From NCBI GenBank assembly GCA_963848285.1, contig CAWKCZ010000003.1:68009-132008 (forward strand): a DNA stretch of 64,000 bases, given 5' to 3'. A model generated the notes under the pieces. The model made no database searches and was not told the DNA's origin. It was given only the letters and a program-made list of their open reading frames with translations. The stretch comes from an uncultured delta proteobacterium. Its GTDB lineage: Bacteria > Desulfobacterota > Binatia > Binatales > Binataceae. Shown piece after piece: positions 23,002 through 32,276 of this stretch; the stretch's first letter is position 1, and each line of letters opens with the position of its first letter. The position numbers and the translations under genes were made by a program.

Positions 23002-23338
23002 GTGGCGCTAAAAAATCGGCTCGCGATGGCCGCTTCAATGCTTGGAGCCTGTCTCTTGATCGCCGGATGCCAGCATTACCTGGTCGCGGCCCCCGGCGAT
23101 ACGACGGTCGCGATTTATCCCGATCGGCAGACCTACGACAAGCTGGCGGACCTGAAGAAGCAGGGCGCGCTGGGCGCGCTCGCCAGCGGCGTCGGCAAAG
23201 GCGTCGAGGCCAAAAACGTCGATGACAAAACCCCGGTCAAGGTGCTCTCGAGCGACGACGAAGGCGACGTCATCGAGGTCACTCGACGGTCCCAACAAAG
23301 GCGTCAGCGGCTTCGTTCCCAAAAACAGCGTGAACTAG
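23002..23338 (+). pseudogene. Small lipoprotein (SH3-like C-terminus?), one frameshift near 23283
   Basis: GTG at 23002 lies 4 nt after a GGAGGA. Lipobox LLIAGC. The tail GPNKGVSGFVPKNSVN-stop (23336-23338) is in another frame. Confidence 0.55.
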
Positions 23339-23377
23339 TCTTTAACCACGAAACCTCGATTCGAAGGAGAAAACCTC

Positions 23378-23854
23378 ATGGATGAGAATGCCAAAAAGAA
23401 AGCGCTTTTGATGATCCCCTACGGCCTCTATGTGCTGGGCGCCGCGCATGGCGGCAAGAGCACCGTCGCGACGGTCAACTGGGTGACGCAGACCGCGTTC
23501 GCGCCGCCGCTGGTGGTGGTCGGCATCAAGAAGGATTCCGGTTCGCATGCGATGGTGAAGGATTCCGGCAAGTTCTCCCTCTCATGCCTGGAGACCGGGC
23601 AGAAGAAAATCGCGACCTCGTACTTCAAGCACGTCGAGCCGGTGGATGGAAAATTCGGCGAGTTCGCCTATGAGACCGGCGCCAACGGATGCCCCATCAT
23701 CAGCGATGCGCCCGCCTCCGTGGAATGCGACGTGGTCGGCTTCTATGAGCTGGGTGACCATAGCACCGTCGTGGGCAAGGTGACCGAGGGTCATCTGAAG
23801 CGCGACGCCAAAATCATGATGCTGTCGGAGACCGGCTTCAATTACGGCGGCTGA
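23378..23854 (+). CDS. Flavin reductase-like FMN-binding domain protein
   Basis: Intact 158 aa: PYGLYVLGA...ATVNWVTQTAFAPPLVVVGI...GDHSTVVGKV. Confidence 0.8.
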   Translation: MDENAKKKALLMIPYGLYVLGAAHGGKSTVATVNWVTQTAFAPPLVVVGIKKDSGSHAMVKDSGKFSLSCLETGQKKIATSYFKHVEPVDGKFGEFAYETGANGCPIISDAPASVECDVVGFYELGDHSTVVGKVTEGHLKRDAKIMMLSETGFNYGG

Positions 23855-23889
23855 TAGGCCACAGGATCGCAGCCAGGTCAGGATTCTAC

Positions 23890-23925
23890 GGGTCGTTCGC
23901 GAACGACCCCTACGGTTCCACGGTT
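23890..23925 (-). repeat. REP-like element, family A variant with a swapped hairpin
   Basis: AGGATTCTACGGGTCGTTCGCGAACGACCCCTACGG. The flanks match family A (GGATTCTA...CTACGG) but the stem is GGTCGTTCGCGAACGACC. Confidence 0.7.
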
Positions 23926-24075
23926 GCGGCCATCCGAGCGTTGCGGCCCCGGACATTCGGTAGTTAGCCGGGTTCCCGGGGCCGCGACGTTTCAAAAAAT
24001 GGAACGATCGCAAGGGTTCTAGATTGCGACCTTATGGGCAACGCGGATCCTGGAATCTATCCGCGACCCATCGCG

Positions 24076-24111
24076 CCGTAGGGGTCGTTCGCGAACGACC
24101 CGTAAAATCCT
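24076..24111 (+). repeat. REP-like element, family A variant (inverted partner of 23890-23925)
   Basis: CCGTAGGGGTCGTTCGCGAACGACCCGTAAAATCCT. Confidence 0.7.
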
Positions 24112-24145
24112 CGTTGCTGCATCCTCATTTCGGGCACGCGTCGCG

Positions 24146-24174
24146 TTGACTTGAAGGTCGCGGCATCGGAGAAT
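24146..24174 (+). promoter_or_regulatory. Candidate sigma-70 promoter for rpoZ (TTGACT-17-GAGAAT)
   Basis: The -35 TTGACT is at 24146-24151 and GAGAAT at 24169-24174, with a 17-nt spacer. The ATG is only 9 nt past the -10, so the transcript would be nearly leaderless. Motif only. Confidence 0.3.
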
Positions 24175-24183
24175 TGAACCCAA

Positions 24184-24381
24184 ATGGCACGTATTACAGT
24201 AGAAGATTGTCTCGAAAACGTCTCGAATCGTTTTGAACTGGTGCTCGCGGGCGCGCGCCGTGCCAAGCAACTGCTCAAGGGCGCGCCGCCGCTGGTCGAG
24301 TCCGACAACAAGGAAGTCGTAACCGCTCTGCGCGAAATCGCCGCTTTCAAAGTCAATATCGAATTCCCCGAAAAGGAATAG
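24184..24381 (+). CDS. rpoZ: DNA-directed RNA polymerase subunit omega
   Basis: [30 protein letters not shown]...; 65 aa, intact. Confidence 0.93.
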   Translation: MARITVEDCLENVSNRFELVLAGARRAKQLLKGAPPLVESDNKEVVTALREIAAFKVNIEFPEKE

Positions 24382-24463
24382 TCGAAGTCGCCCGAATACC
24401 GTTCGGACATCCCGATAATGGCCACTTGCCCTGGTCCTCGGAACAGGAGTCGGATATTTCAAC

Positions 24464-25617
24464 GTGGCGCGTAAACCTTCCAAAACCTCTTCGGCCAAGC
24501 GCCCGCGCAAGGTTACGACCCCGGTCGTCGAGCCCGAGCTCATCGACGAGCCCAAACCCGCGCCGCAGAAAGCACGCCATGCGGTCGTCGCCGAGCCGGC
24601 CGAAATCGAGAGTCCCTGTCCGCCGATGGCGGCGACTCAGCGCCGGCCGAAATCGTTCTGAACCCCGACGCCGAGGTTGCCCTCGAACCCGACCACACTG
24701 ACGGCGATGCGCTGCTGGAGGCTGCCGAGGAAGCCGAGCTCGCCGCCGAGCGTCAGGCCGCGCTGGTCCCCTATGATCCTCTGAGCCGCTACCTGGCCGA
24801 GGTCCGCCGCTTCCCGCTGCTGACGCGCGAGGAAGAAGCCGTCATCGCGAAGCGCTACACGCAGACCCAGGATCGCGAGGATGCGTTCCGGCTCGTCACC
24901 GCCAATCTGCGACTGGTAGTCAAGATCGCGATGGAATTCGCGCGCGCCTCGAAAAACCTCCTCGACCTGATCCAGGAGGGCAACGTCGGCTTGATGGAGG
25001 CGGTCAAGAATTTCGATCCCTACCGCGGGATCAGGTTTCCCTCCTACGCGGTATGGTGGATTCGCGCCTACATCTATCGCTACCTCATCAACAACTGGCG
25101 GCTGGTGAAAATCGGCACCACCCAGGCGCAGCGCAAGCTGTTCTTCAACCTCAAGAAGGAAACCGATCGCCTCGAGGCCGAGGGCTTTTCGCCGCAGCCC
25201 AAGCTCATCGCGCAGCGGATGGGGGTCAAGGAGAGCGAGGTCCGCGAGATGCAGGAGCGGATGTCGCAGAGCGAGGTCTCGCTCGATCAGCCGGTGCCGA
25301 ATACCGAAGACACGCGGCTCCTCGATGTGCTCCCCGATACCGATCCTTCGAGCAATCCCGAGGAAGCGACCGCCGGCGATGAGTTCCGCCAGTTCGCCAA
25401 GGACAAGGTCGAGGAGTTCGTAAAGACGCTCGACGGCAAGGAGCGCGAGATTTTCCAGGCGCGCCTGCTCTCCGAGGATCCGACCACGCTGCAGGAAATC
25501 GGCGAGCAATTCGGCATCAGCCGCGAGCGTGTGCGCCAGATCGAGAATCGGCTCAAGAAGCGCTTCAAGGATTTCGTCCAGGGCGACGCCGACGACCTCG
25601 AGCAGGCGGGGCGCTAG
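24464..25617 (+). pseudogene. rpoH: RNA polymerase sigma-32-like factor with a basic/Pro-rich N-terminal extension of about 100 aa; one frameshift around 24600-24660
   Basis: The core in the frame of ORF 24931-25617 extends upstream without a start codon back to 24475: YLAEVRRFPLLTREEE...DLIQEGNVGLMEAVKNFDP...FPSYAVWWIRAYI...TTQAQRKLFFNLKK (RpoH-box-like)...LQEIGEQFGISRERVRQIE. The only usable start (GTG 24464) is in another frame. Confidence 0.8.
25584..25615 (+). repeat. Left copy of the 32-bp direct repeat (last 11 codons of rpoH)
   Basis: CGACGCCGACGACCTCGAGCAGGCGGGGCGCT, versus 26306-26337 CGACGCCGACGACCTCGAGCAAGCGGGGCGCT (1 mismatch). Confidence 0.9.
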
Positions 25618-25670
25618 GGGGCGCAGTTTGTCGCTTCATCGATTTTCGGATGGCAATCTGAGTAGCGGTT

Positions 25671-26012
25671 CTAGGGGCTCGTGTCGTCCGGATCAGCGCG
25701 GAATTCAACGCCATTGTGAATCAGTATTTTCGGATCCGGCCGGCCGCCTTTTCCGCCCAGCACACCATTCGGCCTTAAATATTGATGGACCAGCGCCACC
25801 ATTTGCCCCGAAGAGTTGAAGTACATGACCATTTGAGAACGGGTTCCGCGCGGTTCATTCGCCGACGAGGGGGCGCGTTTGTCTCGGACCAGTTTCTGAC
25901 GAAACTCCCGAGCGTGTCCTTTTGCTCGATTCCAATACCGATTTTCGTTAAACATACTTCTGATGGTTCGCTTCGGAACCACTACCACCGGAATGGACGG
26001 ATCGACTGCCAT
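25671..26012 (-). CDS. Hypothetical protein (113 aa) inside the rpoH-3' insertion; no family recognised
   Basis: Open frame with clearly lower third-position GC than its neighbours. Contains ...HQYLRPNGVLGGKGGRPDPKILIHNGVEF.... The start may instead be the internal ATG at 25955. Confidence 0.5.
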   Translation of the reverse strand: MAVDPSIPVVVVPKRTIRSMFNENRYWNRAKGHAREFRQKLVRDKRAPSSANEPRGTRSQMVMYFNSSGQMVALVHQYLRPNGVLGGKGGRPDPKILIHNGVEFRADPDDTSP

Positions 26013-26265
26013 GGCCTCTGCTCAGCAAGTTCGTGATCAGCTGACCGCTTTTCTCGCTGACCAACAGTCACTCAAATCACTCGTCGAGTGGCTCACTCGT
26101 AACATCTGGAATTCGGACAAGGAAGCTCCCGGCACGACACGTCTGGCCGGTGATATCGAACTGGTTCTTGCGGAATACTCGGAACAACACATCGATGTTC
26201 AGGAGCTTCGCCGTCAGCTTACCAGTCTGCTGCGAAGCCGGAGGGCTTCCGAACCAGCCCTGTGA
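26011..26265 (+). CDS. Hypothetical small acidic, apparently helical protein (about 84 aa) inside the rpoH-3' insertion
   Basis: MASAQQVRDQLTAFLADQQSLKSLVEWLTRNIW...EYSEQHIDVQELRRQLTSLL. T-rich third positions. Its ATG shares the CCATGG palindrome with the divergent ORF's start. Confidence 0.5.
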   Translation: MASAQQVRDQLTAFLADQQSLKSLVEWLTRNIWNSDKEAPGTTRLAGDIELVLAEYSEQHIDVQELRRQLTSLLRSRRASEPAL

Positions 26266-26305
26266 GGCCCGGGTGCACCCGCCCCATTAGAATCTGTCAA
26301 AGAGC

Positions 26306-26337
26306 CGACGCCGACGACCTCGAGCAAGCGGGGCGCT
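26306..26337 (+). repeat. Right copy of the 32-bp direct repeat (relic rpoH 3' end, followed by TGA and the native terminator hairpins)
   Basis: Encodes ADADDLEQAGR-stop, like the live rpoH end. Followed by GCGCTGA-n7-TCAGCGC and the family-D hairpin with CTTTTG. Confidence 0.9.
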
Positions 26338-26359
26338 GAGCGACGTTCAGCGCTGGATT

Positions 26360-26383
26360 TGTAGCACAGGCTTCAGCCTGTGT
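26360..26383 (+). repeat. REP-like hairpin, family D; may also be the original rpoH terminator
   Basis: TGTAGCACAGGC-TTCA-GCCTGTGT followed by CTTTTG. Confidence 0.55.
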
Positions 26384-26439
26384 CTTTTGACCTGGAAAAA
26401 AGGACGGCGGGGTGGCGCACAACTCGATGCGCGCGCCTG

Positions 26440-26468
26440 TTGCCGCACCGCGATGGCGTTAGGATAAT
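26440..26468 (+). promoter_or_regulatory. Candidate sigma-70 promoter (TTGCCG-17-GATAAT) for the CinA-N-like gene
   Basis: 17-nt spacer; the ATG at 26480 is 11 nt past the -10. The -10/leader string TTAGGATAATGCTTTTCGAC resembles the AT-rich part of the 93-bp repeat unit. Confidence 0.3.
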
Positions 26469-26479
26469 GCTTTTCGACG

Positions 26480-27211
26480 ATGCACGATCGCAGCGCAGCG
26501 CTGGTAGTTATCGGTAATGAAATCCTCTCCGGCAAGGTGCAGGACAGCAATGCCTATTTCACCGCGCGCGAGCTGCGCAGCCTCGGCGTCGAGCTGAAAC
26601 GTATCGCGGTGGTTCCCGATGAGCTCGCCGCCATCGCCGAGGAAGTCGCTTACTGCGCCAGCCACTTCGATTTCGTGCTCACCTCGGGTGGCGTCGGTCC
26701 GACTCATGACGACATCACCATGGAAGGCGTCGCGATCGCGTTTAACCGCAAGCTCATTCAGCATCCGGAGCTGGCCGCCCTCATCAATAAACACATGGGC
26801 GCGCGTGCCAATGCTGCCAGCCTGCGGATGGCCGAGGTTCCCGAAGGCGCGATGCTCAACGATGCCGGTGACATCCGGTTTCCCACCGTGCAGGTGGAAA
26901 ACGTCTACGTGCTGCCGGGCATCCCGCAACTGTTCGAGAGCAAGCTCAACGCGCTCAAGCCGCGGCTGCGCGCGGACCCGTATTTCATGCGTGCGATTTA
27001 TACCAACAGCATCGAGAGTTCGTTGGCGGAACATCTGAATGCGACCCTGGTGATATATCCGCAACTGATGCTGGGGTCGTATCCAAAGATCGGAAACCCG
27101 GAATATCGGGTGAAGCTGACGCTCGAATCGAAGGACCAGGATTACCTTGATCGGGCATTCAGGCATCTGCTCGAATTGATTCCAGGCGACGCGGTGGTGA
27201 AAGTGGAATAG
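26480..27211 (+). CDS. Molybdopterin-binding (MoaB/MogA/CinA N-terminal, MoCF_biosynth) domain protein
   Basis: AALVVIGNEILSGKVQDSNAYF...DFVLTSGGVGPTHDDIT...VYVLPGIPQLF; intact 243 aa. Confidence 0.8.
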   Translation: MHDRSAALVVIGNEILSGKVQDSNAYFTARELRSLGVELKRIAVVPDELAAIAEEVAYCASHFDFVLTSGGVGPTHDDITMEGVAIAFNRKLIQHPELAALINKHMGARANAASLRMAEVPEGAMLNDAGDIRFPTVQVENVYVLPGIPQLFESKLNALKPRLRADPYFMRAIYTNSIESSLAEHLNATLVIYPQLMLGSYPKIGNPEYRVKLTLESKDQDYLDRAFRHLLELIPGDAVVKVE

Positions 27212-27239
27212 AATTTCTTTGTAGTGGAGGAGGAAGACG

Positions 27240-27812
27240 ATGAGGAAGAAGAACACTTCGAGATTACTGGCAGGTGCGTTCGCGTTGATCATGATCGCAC
27301 CAGCCGGCATGGCTCCCCGCAGTGCGCTTGCACAGACGGGAAGTTCGGCCTCGGGATCGCAGGTCCCGCAACCCAACGAAGGCGGCGTCAACTGGTCGGG
27401 TGTCGGCTACGGCGCCGGTGCGCTGGCCAGCAACATTTTCTATATCCCGGCCAAACTGGTGTACGCGATTTTCGGCGGTATCGTCGGTGGCGGCGCATGG
27501 TGCCTGACCGGCGGTAACACGCAGACTGCCAACACCATCTGGCGCAGCTCGCTGGGCGGCGATTATGTCGTCACCCCCGACATGCTGGCGGGCAAGGAGC
27601 CGGTTCATTTCAGTGGACCGACCGAAACCGCGCCGCTCCCGCCCGATAACAGCGCGACTGTGCAACCCATCACGCCGCCGGCGAGCGTACCGCAGCCCGC
27701 AGCCAATGCCGCCCCCGCCCCGGTGGGGGGTGGCGCTCCGATGGATCGCGGGTCCGGCTCGATGAGCCGGCCCGGCGGCCCCTCGACGCTGCCCGACACC
27801 AGCATCGAATAG
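27240..27812 (+). CDS. Hypothetical secreted protein with a Gly-rich hydrophobic core and a Pro/Ala-rich tail
   Basis: Signal peptide MRKKNTSRLLAGAFALIMIAPAGMAPRSALA. No family recognised. Confidence 0.6.
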   Translation: MRKKNTSRLLAGAFALIMIAPAGMAPRSALAQTGSSASGSQVPQPNEGGVNWSGVGYGAGALASNIFYIPAKLVYAIFGGIVGGGAWCLTGGNTQTANTIWRSSLGGDYVVTPDMLAGKEPVHFSGPTETAPLPPDNSATVQPITPPASVPQPAANAAPAPVGGGAPMDRGSGSMSRPGGPSTLPDTSIE

Positions 27813-27829
27813 AACAGGCATTTCGCATC

Positions 27830-28186
27830 GTGAAGAAAGCAAAGTTTCTCTGGAAATCGACCTGAACCACCTGCCGCAACGCAAGAAGTTTCTTGCGCAA
27901 TGATCTCGGCCTCGAACTCGACGAGCGCGACTACGCCAAAAATCCCTTCAGCGAATCCGAACTCAAGCAGCTCTTTGCCGAGGCCGGCCTCGACCCGCGC
28001 GATCTCCTCAGCGTCAAAAGTCCCACCTACAAAAAGATGGGATTAGCCGACAAGAAGCTTACCTCCGCCGAAGCCATCCGCCTGATGGCGCGCGAACCCA
28101 ATCTGCTCAAGCGCCCTATCGTGATCGCGGGCAAGACCGTCATCGCGGGATTCGACAAAGAGCGCCTGCGCACTGCACTTAGCTAA
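27830..28186 (+). CDS. ArsC/Spx-family thioredoxin-fold protein with an in-frame TGA (27863-27865) at the first Cys of the CxxC motif; candidate selenoprotein (UxxC)
   Basis: From GTG 27830 the frame reads VKKAKFLWKST-TGA-TTCRNARSFLRNDLGLELDERDY...LLKRPIVIAGKTVIAGF. It is the same frame as ORF 27893-28186 (63 nt apart). The family consensus here is ...C-x-x-C-R-K-A. Confidence 0.6.
27880..27897 (+). promoter_or_regulatory. SECIS-like hairpin downstream of the in-frame UGA
   Basis: CGCAAGA-AGUU-UCUUGCG (7-bp stem, loop contains GU) starts 15 nt after the UGA. The loop G-U sits at +26/+27 from the U of UGA. Confidence 0.45.
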
Positions 28187-28232
28187 CCGATCGCGCCCGT
28201 TTGCAATTTTGGGCATCGCCACATCAATGGAA

Positions 28233-28285
28233 CCCTAGGGGGTGGTTCCACCGCCCCGTTAGAATCCTGATCCGCGCAGCGATCC
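28233..28285 (+). repeat. REP-like element, family A
   Basis: CCCTAGGGGGTGGTTCCACCGCCCCGTTAGAATCCTGATCCGCGCAGCGATCC, between the convergent ArsC-like gene and zwf. Confidence 0.8.
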
Positions 28286-28326
28286 TTGATTCCCGACTCA
28301 CGCCGATTTGCCAACTTTACGGCCAG

Positions 28327-29861
28327 TCACTTCTCCCCGTGGAAGCGCCATTGATGGCCATCGCGCTCCAGTAGTTGGTCGGCCTCTTTCGGTCCCCATG
28401 AGCCCGCCGGATAGTTCGGGAACTCGCGCGCCGGCAATGCTTTCCATAAATCCAATAGCGGCGTCACGATGCGCCATCCAGCCTCGACCATATCGTCGCG
28501 TTGGAAGAGCGTCTGATCGCCGACCATACAATCCAGGATGAGGGTCTCGTAGCCGGTGCTGGGCGCGGCGCCGAAGTAGTCCGAATATTTGAAATTCATG
28601 TCTACCTGGTCGAGCTTCATCTTCGGTCCAGGAATCTTGGCGCTGAAGCCGAGTGAAATGCCTTCGTCGGGCTGGATGTGCACCACCAGCAGATTCGGCA
28701 TGGTGTTCTCGACGGCGGTATCACGAAAGAGCGTGAACGGCGCGCGTTTGAACTGGATCGCGATTTCGGTCAGCCGATGCTTCATTCGCTTGCCGGTGCG
28801 AATATAGAACGGGACCCGCGACCATCGCCAGTTGTCGATGTACAGCTTCATCGCGGCGTAAGTCTCGGTATTCGAATCGCGCTTGACCTGATCCTCGGTG
28901 CGATAGGCGGGCACCGGCTTGCCATCCATCGATACCGGCGCCGTACTGGCCGCGCACCGCGGATTTGCAGAACCTCCTCGGGCTTGATCGGACGCGATCG
29001 CGTGCAGCACCTTGGCTTTCTCGTCGCGCACCGCATCCGCCTCGAAGGAGTAAGGCGGCTCCATCGCGACCATCGAGATGAGCTGCATGACGTGGTTGGG
29101 CACCATGTCGCGCAGCGCGCCGGATTCGTCGTAGTAGCCGCCGCGCTCCTCGACGCCGACTGTTTCGGCCGCGGTGATCTGCACGTGATCGATGTAGCGC
29201 GAATTCCAGATCGGCTCAAAGATGCCGTTGCTGAAACGAAACGCCATCAGGTTCTGCACCGTTTCCTTACCGAGGTAATGATCGATGCGATAAATCTGAT
29301 TCTCTTCGAGGGTTTTTTTGATGTCGGCATTGAGCGCGTGCGCGGATTCGAGGTCACGTCCGAAGGGCTTTTCGATGACGACGCGCCGCCAGCGGCCATC
29401 TTTTTCGCTGATCAGTCCCGCATCGCCGAGCTGCTTGATCGCCACCGAAAAAAACCGCGGAGCGACCGCGAGGTAGAATAGGCGTTGCCCTTGGTCGAAT
29501 GCTGCTTGTCCGACTTTCTCAATCATATCGGCCAGGCGCTTGTAGGCGGCGGGATCGCCGAAGTCGCACTGCACATATTCGAGGCGCTCATCGAACCACT
29601 TCCAGGTCGTCTTCATCGACCTTGCAGGTCGCGAACTCATGAATGTCCTTGTTCTGCGATTCGCGGAATTGCTGGCTGTTGAAGGGGTTGTTGGAAAATC
29701 CGATCAGCGAGAATTATTCCGGCAGTAGGTTGTTGGCCTTGAGGTTGTACAAGCGCGGGAAACAACTTGCGTTTGGTCAGGTCGCCGCCCGCGCCGAAAA
29801 TGACCATCGTGCAAGGATCGCCAATCGGCGCCGCAGCGCCGGTGTTCTTTTCATTCGCCAT
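28327..29861 (-). pseudogene. zwf: Glucose-6-phosphate dehydrogenase, frame breaks near 28950-28990 (paired) and 29640
   Basis: MVIFGAGGDLTKRKLFPAL in ORF 29637-29861 continues in ORF 28327-29640 ([21 protein letters not shown]...[14 protein letters not shown]...[15 protein letters not shown]). There is a short garbled stretch around [16 protein letters not shown]. Confidence 0.92.
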
Positions 29862-30150
29862 GATTCCTTTATATATCGCGCGCGTGGTCTGAGGCGATTA
29901 CGCAAAGGCGACGATTCCCCGCCGAGGTGGTCTCGCAGACTGCAGATGGGCGTATAAATTCCTGTGAACGTGGTTGTGTCGAGTTGTTGACACGAGCGAC
30001 AATGTTAATTAGAGATTCGGACAGTTAATTCCGGCTATAGCGAACCAGGTGTTTCGCCGGTTTGTCCAGCCCAAGGCACTCCTCCGGTACCCATCACACC
30101 TCGCATAGAGGATTGCGGTCGAAGATCGCGTGAAACAGGGAGTGGAATTT

Positions 30151-30531
30151 ATGGCACGTCACACCATCGCTTCGAGTAATTCCCGCCATCGTCCTGGATG
30201 CGCAAGGGGTAGGGCCTTCAACGGAACCAAAATTCCCGCCGACTTCGAGCGCCGTTGCTTCGAGTACGATCGCAAACTCGTCGCGGTCGTGATCGAGAGA
30301 CTCGAAGCGGCCATCGGCCAGACCGCCGCTCAAATGGACATGGTCGCCGAGCAACAGATATACGATGAATCGCTCTCCGCCACCTTCGCGCGGATTGCGC
30401 AGCGCTTTCATTGGATGACGCACGAGCTCAATGACCTGATGGCCGAGGTTGGTGACGCCGAGGGTTATCCGAAGATGCCGCGGGATCAAGCGACTACCGC
30501 GGCAGTGGTCCGGCCACTCCCGCCTCGGTGA
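30151..30531 (+). CDS. Hypothetical protein (126 aa)
   Basis: The plus frame has strongly G/C-biased third positions and a plausible composition (DFERRCFEYDRKLVAVVIERLEAAIGQ...). The overlapping minus ORF 30094-30489 looks like a shadow frame. Confidence 0.55.
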   Translation: MARHTIASSNSRHRPGCARGRAFNGTKIPADFERRCFEYDRKLVAVVIERLEAAIGQTAAQMDMVAEQQIYDESLSATFARIAQRFHWMTHELNDLMAEVGDAEGYPKMPRDQATTAAVVRPLPPR

Positions 30532-30547
30532 GCCTGACTACTACGTC

Positions 30548-31978
30548 TTAAGCCGGAAGTGGAGGTTTCTTGAAGCCTCCCAACTCGTGCTCCAGCGCCT
30601 TGGCTACCGCGAGGACGGTCTCTTCCTCGAATGCGCGTCCGACGATCTGCACGCCGATCGGAAGCCCGTCGCGATCCAATCCGGCCGGCACCACCGCCGC
30701 GGGAAGTCCCGCGCAATTGACCCATAGCGCGGGCCAGTTCGCCGCGAACAGGCTGTAGCTTTGCCCATCGATGCTGACGTCGGTCAGGCCGTGCTCGAAT
30801 GCGGTGACGCAGAACGGCGGTCCGATAACTATCGGATACTTTTCCATGAACTGCTGAAGCTGGACGCGAAAGAGGTCGCGCTCGATCGAGGTGCGAAAAA
30901 AATCCGCCGCCGAGCGCGAAGGCAACGGCATCAACAGCGAGTTGCGCAACCGCTCGCGCGACAGATGCTCTTTGCCCGCCAGCGCCTGGCGCAGCAACTC
31001 GCCGCCATCAGCCATCGCGTAGTCGAACCAGATCCGCGCGGCATCCGCGATGGGCGGGGTTTTCTGCTCGACCGGCACGCCGATCTTGCTGAGGGCCTTG
31101 GCGGCGCGCTCGGTGGCCGCACGGATTTCCGCCGCGACCGGAACTGCGCCATCGACATTGGTGAAGAATGCGCACTGGACCTGCTTCAGGTTCACCCGCT
31201 CCGGATGCGCCTCCAGCGATGGCACCGTGTAAGGCGTACTCGGATGTGGCCCGCGAATCAGGTTGTATTCGAGGGTGAGATCATCGACATAGCGCGCCAT
31301 CGGACCAATCGTCGCCATATGCGCGATCGGCGGAGGTGCGGCCGGCGACGGCGGCAGATGCCCGGTTCCCGGGATCGTGCCCCAAGTCGGCTTCAATCCA
31401 ACCACGCCGCAAAAATGCGACGGGATGCGAATCGAGCCGCCGTAATCCGAACCCAGCGCCAGCGCACACATCCCCGACGCGAGCGATGCCGCCTCGCCGC
31501 CGCTGGAGCCGCCCGGCACCCGTCCGACGTGCCACGGATTGTTGGTCGAGCCGAACAGCGGATTGTCGCAATCGTAGTCCATCGCCATTTCGGGAACGTT
31601 GGTCTTCGCGATGATAATGGCGCCCGCCGCGCGCAATCGCGCCACCGCCGGCGCATCTTCTTTGGGAATGTGATGCTCGAGAATCTTCATCCCGTCGGTC
31701 GAGCGGACACCTTTGGTCTCGATCGAATCCTTGATGGTGATGGGCAGCCCTTCGAGCGGACGAATGTCTTCGCGGCCCGCGAGTCGGCGGTCGGCCTCAT
31801 CGGATTCTTCGGCGGCGCGCTCTTCGACGAGGGTGACGACGGATTTCACATGATGATTGAGCGACTCGATGCGTTCGATAAACGCGGAAACCATTTCGGC
31901 GGCGGAAACCTCACGCGAGCGCAGCATCTGGACGAGCCTGGTTGCGGGCGCGAAAAATAATTCGTCAGAAAAGGCCAT
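30548..31978 (-). CDS. Amidase (amidase-signature family, GatA-like)
   Basis: Intact 476 aa: LEGLPITIKD...GRVPGGSSGGEAASLASGMCALALGSDYGGSIRIPS. Confidence 0.9.
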   Translation of the reverse strand: MAFSDELFFAPATRLVQMLRSREVSAAEMVSAFIERIESLNHHVKSVVTLVEERAAEESDEADRRLAGREDIRPLEGLPITIKDSIETKGVRSTDGMKILEHHIPKEDAPAVARLRAAGAIIIAKTNVPEMAMDYDCDNPLFGSTNNPWHVGRVPGGSSGGEAASLASGMCALALGSDYGGSIRIPSHFCGVVGLKPTWGTIPGTGHLPPSPAAPPPIAHMATIGPMARYVDDLTLEYNLIRGPHPSTPYTVPSLEAHPERVNLKQVQCAFFTNVDGAVPVAAEIRAATERAAKALSKIGVPVEQKTPPIADAARIWFDYAMADGGELLRQALAGKEHLSRERLRNSLLMPLPSRSAADFFRTSIERDLFRVQLQQFMEKYPIVIGPPFCVTAFEHGLTDVSIDGQSYSLFAANWPALWVNCAGLPAAVVPAGLDRDGLPIGVQIVGRAFEEETVLAVAKALEHELGGFKKPPLPA

Positions 31979-32163
31979 CGTGGGATACCTCGGATTAATG
32001 CGGTTTTAACATCGCATCGAATGAGATGCCAATGTGCGTCGGACGCGGGGCGTTGCGGCCTTAAGGATCGCCCCGGCAGTAAGTTTCGCAGGGGGCGTTC
32101 GCGATCGTCCCGAAAGGCGCGGTCGCGGAGGCAATCCCTGTATGTCGGCCACGGCAGTAAAAA

Positions 32164-32218
32164 CCGTAGGGGGTGGTTCTACGGCCCCGATAGAATCCTG
32201 ATCCGCGCAGCGGTCATT
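32164..32218 (+). repeat. REP-like element, family A
   Basis: CCGTAGGGGGTGGTTCTACGGCCCCGATAGAATCCTGATCCGCGCAGCGGTCATTC. Confidence 0.8.
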
Positions 32219-32276
32219 CATCGCCGGCGCGGCATCGAGGTGGCTTGGAACCGTCGACGCGATTCGCTCGAAAACA

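Noticed and set aside
30094-30489. Minus-strand 131-aa ORF overlapping the plus-strand ORF 30151-30531
   Set aside because: The third-position G/C bias and the residue composition favour the plus frame. The minus frame looks like its shadow.
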